Both the position numbers and the translations under genes were made by a program. From assembly GCA_951406725.2 (NCBI GenBank), contig OX597828.1, positions 12,028,001 to 12,092,000 of the forward strand: a stretch of DNA of 64,000 bases. Direction: 5' to 3'. How positions within the stretch are numbered: the first letter of the stretch is position 1; each line of letters opens with the position of its first letter. Shown here in pieces: positions 53,272 through 64,000 of this stretch. The notes under the pieces are model-generated. The model saw only the letters and a program-made list of their open reading frames with translations, was not told where the DNA came from and searched no databases. The DNA comes from Octopus vulgaris (Eukaryota).

Positions 53272-53886
53272 GAGAGATGACCACTGAGTGGATATCCATT
53301 ATGCTAGAAGTCGACCCCCAATGGTCTTACCACTAAGAAAGGAATGTTGTGAAGAAAATTTAGCAAACGGGAGAACGTATTCGAGTAAGACAAATGAAAA
53401 TACAAAATATACAGATTAACCACAAACCAGTTTCGTTGTTAATATTTACGTAATCACTAACGTAGAAGTCCGCAACTCGTCAGTGTGATCGTCATAGCAA
53501 AATATAATTTGTAGAACTATATACGAGGTCTCCGCATGCGATTGAACATGTATATTGTTCTAACATTTACATTTGGGGTTATATTTCAAAAGTCTTTGTT
53601 TTGGCGCGCCAAAATAACGGAAATAATTCGCTGCAGCGAATTTTGCCGGTTAGAGAACATAGTTATTTAAATTAAAATTTAGAGTAATAAGAGTGAAAAA
53701 TTGAATATTAATTTGATTAATATCAATTTCAAACCAATGGTCTAGCATATAGAAAAATCTGAAGATTCAGAAAAATTATATTACAAAATTATATAAGAGG
53801 GATTACCACTAATTGGCCATCCATTATGCTAGAAGTCGACCCCCAATGGTCTTACCACTAAGAAAGGAATGTTCCCAAGAACATTA
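53272..53886 (-). mobile_element. (TA)n-flanked partial tandem unit (pLTR/retrozyme-like)
   Basis: Identical 55-bp direct repeats at 53294-53348 and 53819-53873 (525-bp period) enclose a hammerhead motif. Confidence 0.75.
53418..53490 (-). ncRNA. Putative minimal type I hammerhead ribozyme
   Basis: Minus strand gatcaca-CTGACGA-gttg...caac-GAAA-c(tg)-GTT-tgtggtt. 7-bp stem I with G:U pairs, 4-bp stem II with an internal hairpin. Confidence 0.72.
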
Positions 53887-53887
53887 A

Positions 53888-53977
<90 letters not shown>

Positions 53978-55678
53978 GGGTGAAAAGGAACACAGGAGTT
54001 GATATATATGAAAAAATATGCGATAACGCATTCCATTACATAGCTCCTCTCTGTTCGGTGTTCTTTTTCTCGTCTACATCCATCACTGTTGACAGAATAA
54101 TCACCCAATATGGAGCAGCTGATACTCGTCTTTACGTCACTTGTGACTGGGTCGTACTTTTCCCCTGTTTGGTGTATAATACGTTCGAATAGTAGGGTGA
54201 TATATATATACATATTATTTTAAATTTGGGTAAACCATGTAAAGCGCGTTCACTGTAATCGGATACGTGAAATCATGATCAGTATGAAGTTAAATACCAC
54301 TGGATTTAATCCAGGAATTCCGTCGTGTCCGTAGAGTTTATAATATATCGAAACCGCGATCCTAAGAATGCGCGTCCACTGCCCTAACCATTGGGTCATT
54401 GCGCTTCCACATGAGAATACATACATAAATCAAAACATATCAATCTGCACATATGCATACATACGTACTTGCGTACGTACATGAGCGTGTCTCTATATTA
54501 GCTTCTTATAGAAATTATTCGGTTGCGTAGATTTGTTCGTTGCCAAATCGCAGTCTCAGCTGATGAGTAAAGTCTATGTACTTTGGTGAAGATGGTGAAG
54601 ATGCCGACGACCGCTTTGTTCAAAGCCTTCCTGGACCTCAAGTGGCCTGAACTCTTTACATGAACACCACCCTGTACTTAACTCCATGTTCCCCTACATG
54701 GCCTTGCTATTTGCTTTTGAGCCAAATTAACTAACTAACTAACTAACTAACTACTGGTGTTAAACATTGTTATAAGACTAGGAATATTTCGCATGCTGGA
54801 AAAGTGGAAATATACATAACCGATTAATTGGAACCGGGTACCTGATTGGTGCATTATTTTATTGGATACGGAATAATGAATGCTTAAGTCAAACTTGGAG
54901 ACTTTTGAAAAAAAAAAGTAAAGCTCTGTCATCAAATGTTATTTTACTGTAGGTGCAAATTTATGTACGCATAGATTGTTTGTCCCTCAAATCTTTCTAC
55001 AAATTTATGTGCAAAGTGTCGTTTCCCTGCTTCAACAAACTTACTCATGTGTAGATTGGAAAAAAAAGCAGCTTAAAATAAGGTAGTTGTCAAGCTTCAG
55101 TCTGATAGATGCATCCCATATATTTAATGCTGTTTAATAATTTTGAGTGACAATTTGACATTGGAACCAACTTTTCAAACGTAAAACCGCAGAATATTTT
55201 ATTAGGTTAGAGGATTGGTTTCAATTTCCGGTAGATTTCTAAGTTCGTCAGTATTTTCGCATTAAGATTTTTTTCAATTGTACGCTGGTTTCAAATGATT
55301 TCGTTGAAAGCCTGCATTACATATCAAAAATTGATACTTCGTTTCAGAAATAAACAGTAGATATCTAATAGCCAAATAAATCATGATGTAATTCTAGTAG
55401 AAATTAAAGTGCAAGCTGCAAGGCACCTTTATAATGAACGATTGGTCCGTCCCGAAAAATTCCTCACCCTACACATGGCAATTTTTTTTACTTTTCGAAT
55501 GTCTTCTACATCAAACAGGGGATAAGTATGGCACAGTCACCAATGAGCTAAAAATGATTATCAGTTGCTCTATATTGGGTGATTATTCTGTCAAAAGTGA
55601 TGGATGAGGACGAGAAAAAGAACACCGAACACAGAGGAACTAAGTAATGGAATGCGTTAGCGCATATATATAAATTGC

Positions 55679-55754
<76 letters not shown>

Positions 55755-55819
55755 ACGTATATATATATATAGTTATGGCATATTCTGTTAAGAACGTAGT
55801 AGAGTACAGTTTACCGCAC

Positions 55820-56123
55820 GACTTATTCTTTCGAAGCCTAGTACTTATTCTATCGGTCTCTTTTGCCGAACCGCTAAGTTCCGGGGACGTAAACACACCA
55901 GCATCTGTTGTCAAGCGATGTTGGAGGGGTAGACAAACACACAAACATATACACATATATATATATATGTATATACATATATACGACGGGCTTCTTTCAG
56001 TTTCCGTCTACCAAATCCACTCATAGCAGAAGACACTTGACCAAGGTGCCACGCAGTAGGGATGAACCCGGTACCATGTAGTTGGTAAGCAGGCTACGTA
56101 CCACACAGCCACTCCTGCGCCTA
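55820..56123 (-). mobile_element. SINE family A copy
   Basis: Similar to the reverse complement of 13401-13850. Confidence 0.85.
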
Positions 56124-57377
56124 TTTGCATAACACCTAATAAATCTGCCAATAAAATGACTTTATTTCAGTAGAGAATCAGATCCTCGAAAGAAACTAAT
56201 AACTGCATACATTGACATGAAAATAGCTGAAGTTCACACAGGTATAAAAAGTCAGTGGCGACATCTCTCTTATGAAGACAACTTAGAGTCTCCTCCATAA
56301 GTATAGTGATTAATTAAATACACTTAATAAAATTCATGCAGTCTCTGCACCGCTGAAAGAAAGAAAATTCTCATCTGCCAGGCCCATTTCTTAATTAAAA
56401 AAATTCGAAAGAAAACCCTCTTGGAAACAGAACTTGAAAGAGTTGTAGTTGTGTTAACCCACTTCCTTATACAAAAGGGTAATACAGTTTTGGCTATTAG
56501 TGGATTTGAACTTAATCATATTTTAATTAAATATATTCTTATTTTATGTGCATTTGTTTACATTGGCTATATTTAAGTTTCTTCCCCACTACTTTTCCTC
56601 ATTCAACACCATTTGTATCTGTCTCTTAGCACGCTGCTATCGGAAATACTATTTCATTATTCTCATAAATCTTTTAAACCATTCAGCAACCCAACAACTT
56701 TTCGCCGTGGTATCTCTTCATCGCTCTTAATTTGTATGTATGTATATAAAATATATTATATTATATTATATTCTTTGTGTATACAATTGCTACTATTCAT
56801 ATGATTATCTTATATCTAACTTAATACTTCATAATCTAATTTTATTCATCTTATTATATCAAGGCCTCTCGGGCTTTCTTCCTACTTTAATTTGCTTCAC
56901 ATTGTGTATAAATTTCACTGCAAGTTCTTCGATAAAATTTCCACTACTTTTAATTAAGCCAATTATTTCCCTTTTACATAAATCACTGATCCTGTTAACG
57001 ATGTTTTCTGTGGATAACAATTTTCCTATTTTCTCACCGTTACCCAATTTGGTTTGAATTCATTTCAATTTAATTATGAATTATACGTACCATTTATTTA
57101 TCAACGCGTAACTGTATTCGATACAATTTATACACGTCCTGTAAAAACTGTTTCTATTTTCTTATCAACATTGCTATAACGTCTTAAATATTTAAAATCT
57201 AGAATTATTTATAATACTTTACTCTGATTATATAGGTAATCTGGAAACGCTCTGCTCCCACCTTCCTACAACACTAACTATTTTCATTAAACTAAATTTT
57301 GCTTCGAATCTTTTATTCTTACTTTCACTTAACCATTCACATCCTAGTTACAAAGTTATTCTTCCTCGACCTTTCGA

Positions 57378-57415
<38 letters not shown>

Positions 57416-57449
57416 CACACATACACACGAACGTACACACATATATGCA

Positions 57450-57567
<118 letters not shown>

Positions 57568-57714
57568 TAGATATAGATGTAGATATGTATATATGTGTGT
57601 ACGTGCGTGTGTATGTGTGTATACACATACACGTATATATATATATATGCGTGTGTGTGTGTGTATATATATGTATGTATATATGTTTATGTGTGTGTAT
57701 GCATTATGTAGATG

Positions 57715-57763
<49 letters not shown>

Positions 57764-58765
57764 GTATGTATATATATATATATATACACATCCTTATGCA
57801 TATACATATCCCTATACTCGTATACATATACATAAACATATACATATACCTATACCTATATGATTATACATATACATATACATGTACATATGTGTCAAAG
57901 TACCGTGATCAAGGAAATTAATGACCCTTGACTGTAAGATAGTTGACAACAGCATGCAGACAGAGACTGAAAGTGAAAGTATGGTATACCATTAATCATG
58001 TTTTCAATTTCTTATCGTCTTGAAACATCGTGTTGTGTATTTAGCAAAAACAAATTCTAAAACACGTGAAATTTTATCATTTTCTCTCTCTCTCTCTCTC
58101 TCTCTCTCTACCTAGTTCTACCTTTCTTCGGTGAGTCGTCGATCTCCTTTACTAACCTTCTTTACAGAAATATAAATGAAGTAATTAATACCAGTAAAAA
58201 GATGAACTACCGATCCTACATATTGCTACTATTAATGAGGTTACCTTCTTCAATTCTCGATCAGCAAAAAATGATTACTAAATGCATTTTAAATCATAAC
58301 TAGCAATCTGTCGGCTACAACGACATGGGTTCCAGTTGATCTGATCAATGGATGAGGCTGCTCATGAAATTAACGTGCAACTGGCTGAGCACACCACAAG
58401 CACGTAACATGACAAGGCCAGCCTTTTCAATTACAGGTGCTATTCATTTTCCCTGGCTGAATAAGCGGGAACAACGTGAAATAGACTTGATCAATGTCTT
58501 GATAGTCTTGATCAATCACATAACGCGCCGCCGGGAATCGAATTCAGGCCTTACGATCATGAGCAGAATAACCTAACCACTAAGCCACGCGTCTTTCGTT
58601 TTCAACCATAGTAAGGCTGCAATCGCCCATATAAATCTAGGTATGCATAGAGAGAGATGGTAATGTATTTATCGTTACATAAAGCTATATATAGATGGCT
58701 ATGTATGTCTAGACTTTGTGGCTATGAATGTCTATATATATATGGTCATAGCTTGAATCCATATA

Positions 58766-60048
58766 TCAGGTCATCCCATAAGTTTTGTCCGAATATTCAA
58801 TAAAGAAAACGAGTGATCAAATGTTATATTTAATTGAGATTTAATCATCAATGTACTTTCCCTCATCATCTATGACTTCCTTCCATCTATTATAGAAGCT
58901 TTTTTTGAATCCAATCAATGTAAAACTCGTTTGGTTTCAAAGTGAAGAACTCTGAAATGTCAGTTTCGACCTCCTCCTGGCTTGCGAAAGTTATGTCCCC
59001 CAAATGATACTGTAAACTACGAAACAAATGGTAGTCTGAAGGAGCAAGGTCGGGAGAATAAGGTGGATGAGGACATTTTTTTCCAAGCTCTTCGATCTTC
59101 GATCTTCTTTGCAGTGTGGGGTGTGCATTGCCCTGATGAAACATCATTCCTTTTCGATTCACTAAAGCGGGTCTTTTTTTCTTCAAAGCTAGGATACGAC
59201 GCTCTAATTGCTGACAGTAGACGTGAGCATTGATTGTTGCATTAGTTAGCAACAATTCAAAGAGAATTACTCCTTTGCAATCCCACCAGATAGAGAGAAG
59301 AAACCTTTTCCTGTGAAGTTCCCTTCTCAGTTGTGGTTGAGCTTATTCTCTTTTACTAAGCCACTGTTTACGACGTTCAACATTTCGATAGAAGATCTAT
59401 TTTTCGTCACCAGTCACAAGTCTATCCAAAAAGGGTGAAATGAGTTCGCAAGAATGGAGAGAAGAGCAGATGTCAACTCGGGATTGGCGGTTGCTTTCGG
59501 ACAATTCATGAGGCACACATTTTCCATGTTTAGGAATCTTTCTAAGTTGTTGAAGATGACGATGAACAGTTGTATGGTTTGAACTAAGCTTTATTGCCAA
59601 TTCTTCAACTGATAGTGCAGGATTTTCTTCAAGTAATGCCTCAAGGAGCTTATCATGAAACTCAACTGGATGTCCTATTCGATCTTCATCTTCAAGGCTG
59701 AAATCTCCACTTCTGAATTTTGCAAACTATCTTCTGCAAGTTCTTTCATTTAAACATTCTTTCCCATAAACCGAATGTATGTTTCGCGTCGCTTCGGCTG
59801 TAGAGTTTCCTTTTTTGTTCTCATACAGCATTATGTGCCTCAAATGCTCTTTGGATACTTCCGTGTTAGAATGGGTTTTAATCAAAGAAATTTTAATTCT
59901 ATTATTCTGTAAAATAATATTTAATTAGTTTAAATGTAAACAAATGCATAAAAATCATTTTAAATTCCATTAGACATTCGAAAATACTATTAAATTCCAT
60001 TCCATTTTATAAAAGGTAAAATCGGACAGAACTTATAGGATGACCTGA
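58766..60048 (-). mobile_element. Full-length, decayed mariner element
   Basis: 27-bp TIRs at 58766-58792 and 60022-60048 (2 mismatches), TA target duplication on both sides, 1283 bp long. Confidence 0.95.
58841..59865 (-). pseudogene. Mariner transposase pseudogene
   Basis: CVPHEL (from WVPHEL), LVTGDEK, HPPYSPDLAPSDYHLFRSLQ. Start codon mutated, stops and frameshifts present. Confidence 0.95.
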
Positions 60049-61412
60049 TATTATAAGTGTTCGTGATCCAGCCCGTTAAAGGGTTAAACAGCCAACATCA
60101 ATAACAGCCACCAACAGCCACTACCACCACCTACAACAACAACAACAACAACCATTACATTTTCTGGTAAATAATGACATTGTGAATAAATCAGGTCAAA
60201 AAGAAGCAAAAGATTGTCGGTGCTATTGTACTTGATATGGAGCATTGTCCTTATAAGCAACTGTCAAAACCCAGTTGGTGGTGCTTGTTATTACACATGG
60301 GAAGAATATTCTGAGAGTTTTATCTTGTGCTCTTATCAAAGTGTTGATATATTCAAGAATATCAAAAGCTATTGAACCAAGATACACACCAGACAACTAT
60401 GATAAAATGGAACAACTTGCAGACGCTATAGAATATGGCATCACAAATTTAGTTCTGCATTGATCACTGTAGCATTAAAAGGGAGCAGGGAGAAACAAGA
60501 AAAGTGTAACAACAAAGTTCTTCACGAGATAATTGCCAATAAATAAATAAATAAATAAATAATGAGGTTAGTCTTCTTTTACTCGCTTCATTGTTGATTT
60601 TATCCCCAGGTCAGTTCAGTACAAAATTCTTCCTATCGTGTTTATTTCGCCTTTTTCTTTCAAATATAAACTTACTAAATCTACGTTGTCAACTGCTTCT
60701 TGTCATTTCTAAAACGATCGAATGTGATTTGAGTGAAAATTAACTGCTATTTCTAGAATAACATGACTTTACTTCAAGACATTGTTTCTAGGGCTACATT
60801 ATCAAATGCATCCTTTGGTGGAGAGCTGGCACAATCGTTAGCCCGCCAGAAAAAAATTGCTTAGCTGCATTTCGTTCGTCTTTACCTTTACGTTCTAAAT
60901 ACAAATTTCGCCGAGTCCAACTTGAGGTTTATACTTTAAGGCTTGTTGAAATAAGAACTAATTAAGTACTGGGTGTCGATGTAATCAACCTAATTCCTCC
61001 CCAAATATTTCGAGACTTCTGCCTACGTTAGAAAGTATTTTCAAATGTATCCTTGCATTTCCAGAACGGTAGGGTATGACATGAAGGAGAGTTTTTTATT
61101 TGCTTCCAAACTATCACCTGTCTACAATTAGGCGTCTGTATTAGAACAGGTAGTGTTTGTTGTTGACATTGTTTTTTGCTGATGATGTTTAACCCCAAGT
61201 CAATCCAGAGGCAGTAAATTAACTCTCTACAACATTTCAGATATGGCCATCTGTAGTTTTCTTATGTGCGTGGTTTTCAAACACCACGCACTTAAACTTG
61301 GATTATATTACCCAGTATGTTCTCCCATCATAAAAACAGTGGTAAGTGTCATACGAGATATATTAGGTCGTTGTTTCAAGAAACTTCAACAAGTGCATAA
61401 ATGTTTAGGTAA

Positions 61413-61642
61413 AGGCGGCGAGCTGGCAGAAATGTTAGCACACTGGGCGAAACGCTTAGTGGTATTTCGTCTGTCGTTACGTTGTGAGTTCAAATTTCGC
61501 CGAGGTCGACTTTGCCTTTCATACTTTCGGGGTCGATAAATTAAGTACCAGTTACGCACTAGGGTCGATGTGATCGACTTAATTCCTTTGTCTGTCCTTG
61601 TTTGTCTCCTCTATGGTTAGCCCCTTCTGGGCAGTAAAGAAA
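61413..61642 (+). mobile_element. SINE family B with Tx1-like tail
   Basis: Full head, core and tail. Confidence 0.88.
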
Positions 61643-64000
61643 CCGGTAAAGTGTTTGTTCAGTCGTGTAGCCACAGGCCATTTAGATTGATACAGACCTA
61701 TAACACAATTTCTTCTAGCCTCAAACCTCGAGCCCCTCTACCTCTAATAGAATAGGTTTTAATTTGAAGAGGAGTAGGCAGCCTTTCTTAGCACGACGCA
61801 CGCTCTACCAGAAAATGCTCAGTGGCTATCTCGGTTTATCACTTTATACTTAACGAACCGTAAAAATATGCAACTTAAGTTTTACTAATAAATGTCAAAT
61901 ATCTCATTCCATATTTAAAAATCACAACCTATTTAAGCTTTCTGAGGATGAAGGAGCTTGTTACAATCAGATTCTTTTTTAGATATGCTGAAAATTTGCG
62001 GTTGGAATAAGAAACTTGAGCAGGAAGTGTGTTCTTAAAAGGGTAAAAATCTGAAAAGGAAGGATACACATACACGCGCACACGCTGACACACACATACA
62101 TGTACGTACGCACTTCCGTACTTACAAAGTTCACAATACAGTAAATAATTACGCTTTACTTAACCGCTGTTCATATTACAGTCTTTGCTCCAAGAATTTC
62201 AATGTGATATTAGACGTGTTACACATTATAAAAGTTTTAGGGTTTCACATACGTGATATAGTGAAAGGAAAACTTCGACCAAACGAAATTATCCGTGCAC
62301 TCAGTAAATAAAATATACTAGGAGTAAAAATACGATGACGCAAACTTCAATACAGTTGTTTATTAGAGTAGATCTGGTTTTTAATGTATACAGAAGGAGG
62401 TGAATGGCATGTTTCGGTTTTATAAGAACTTTTCAGTGAAGCATATTCTACAGGGTTGTCTAGACATAAAGTGATCAACAGAATTAAAAGGAATTTAGTA
62501 ACGCAAATTATGAATAGTGACAATATACTGCCGGGAAATACTTTTGGTATACTAACTGCATATTTAGGACTGCTTCATAAATTTAATAGAGACAGTTGTC
62601 AACACAGAATTTTCAAGTATTTTATTAAATAAAAACACCCTCTAGAGGTTTAGAAACAAACAAACAAACAAAAAAACAATAGCAACTTCGGCAATTCAAT
62701 AAGATTCTTTGATAGAAATTATTGATCAATATAATCATTGCCCATTACATTTTATCTCACTTGTACTGCACTACACTTAGTCACTTGGTGTTGAAAGACA
62801 GCAAAAGCTGGTAGTTTTATTTCTACAAATACACGTATACACACACAAAGACACACTATACATAGTGGGTATAGTCATAAAACTTGTCAAGAATATTTTG
62901 CCACTATGATTCTGTCAACTCCCTCTTGCCCTTTCCTAACAGACATTATTCTCTAGTCTTAAATTTGATAAACAAAGATTCTATAAACAAGACTAATAAA
63001 TTAAAACTGAACCAAAATCAGTGACAAGCTATGACTCAAACAGATTTGTTTCCCGATGTCTTAGATTGTTTCCCGAAGACAGCATGGACTTTGTCTGCCT
63101 TCTTACCCTATTAGAGGATTAAAGTAAAATTATACAAATGTGTATGATGTAATTGGTAACGTTAAGCAATTTCAAATACGTGCTTCAACTCAAACGTATT
63201 CGCATGAGTGTAAGCATGTGTGTGTATATGTGTGTTTGTATGTGCGTGTGTGTATATGTGTGTTTTTATGTGCGTGTGTGCGCGCGTGTGTGAGTGTTGT
63301 GTGTGTGTGTGTGCGTGTGTATGTATATATGTGTGTGAAGGCATATGGCTCAATGGTGCAATCTAGGTGCAATCCCATAGACATTCATGACCGAAGTGTG
63401 TCATTACTCTTTACCCTTTATATGTATACATTCATATGTATGTTGTACGGGATGTGGGGAGTATAAAATTGATCAAGGTGTATATGCACTTTTAAATAAG
63501 AGTTATGGGCGCTTCTTCCAGCATATTCTTTTAGATTAAAACTGTATTCGTACACTCGTATGCGAATTGATTCAGATATCTTTATTTGTATTATATGTCA
63601 TAAAGCTACTTAGAACTGATATCCACACTAAATCTATTGATTAAACCATCGTATTTATCCAGTAAATGTTGATCAAATAAAGATCGGTGTTTTATTTTTT
63701 CCGGTATAGCTATTCCAGTGCTAAGTTAAATGTTTTATATATATACTCTAATATGTGTCTCCTATGTATGTGTCAATATGATTGGTGCGTTATAATACTT
63801 GGCAGCTCATAAAATTTACACTATTTCATAATTTATAGTTGATATACATGTTTCTGAAACATATGTGGTAATTTCGTTTCATGTCTATCTGACAACAAGA
63901 TAGGACTTCTTAAGCATTAAAAGATCACAGATTTCCGTAAGCGTTTGACTACCGAAAGCATATTACATCCAGAGCTGGGTTATGCTACATATGTATTAAT

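Overview
AT-rich, microsatellite-saturated eukaryotic non-genic DNA. The SINE families and (TA)n/(TAA)n/(GATA)n load look like an Octopus/cephalopod genome (inference). No host gene exon can be supported, and nearly all ORFs in the track are microsatellite or antisense artefacts. Recognisable content: a near-intact L1/Tx1-clade LINE (ORF1 plus ORF2 with one frameshift, ~42.86-48.5 kb); two 5'-truncated R4/Dong-like RLE retrotransposons stacked in the same (TAA)n array; decayed hAT, mariner and Penelope-like (PLE) elements; two MITEs; and dozens of tRNA-derived SINEs. The most notable signal is five short, mutually unrelated non-coding inserts beside (TA)n tracts. Four are long fold-backs and one is a direct-repeat unit. 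Each carries a full or partial minimal type-I hammerhead ribozyme motif, one with a G3:C8 core swap. A SINE 3' tail also matches the 3' end of the Tx1 LINE. All structures were read by eye and none was computed or searched.
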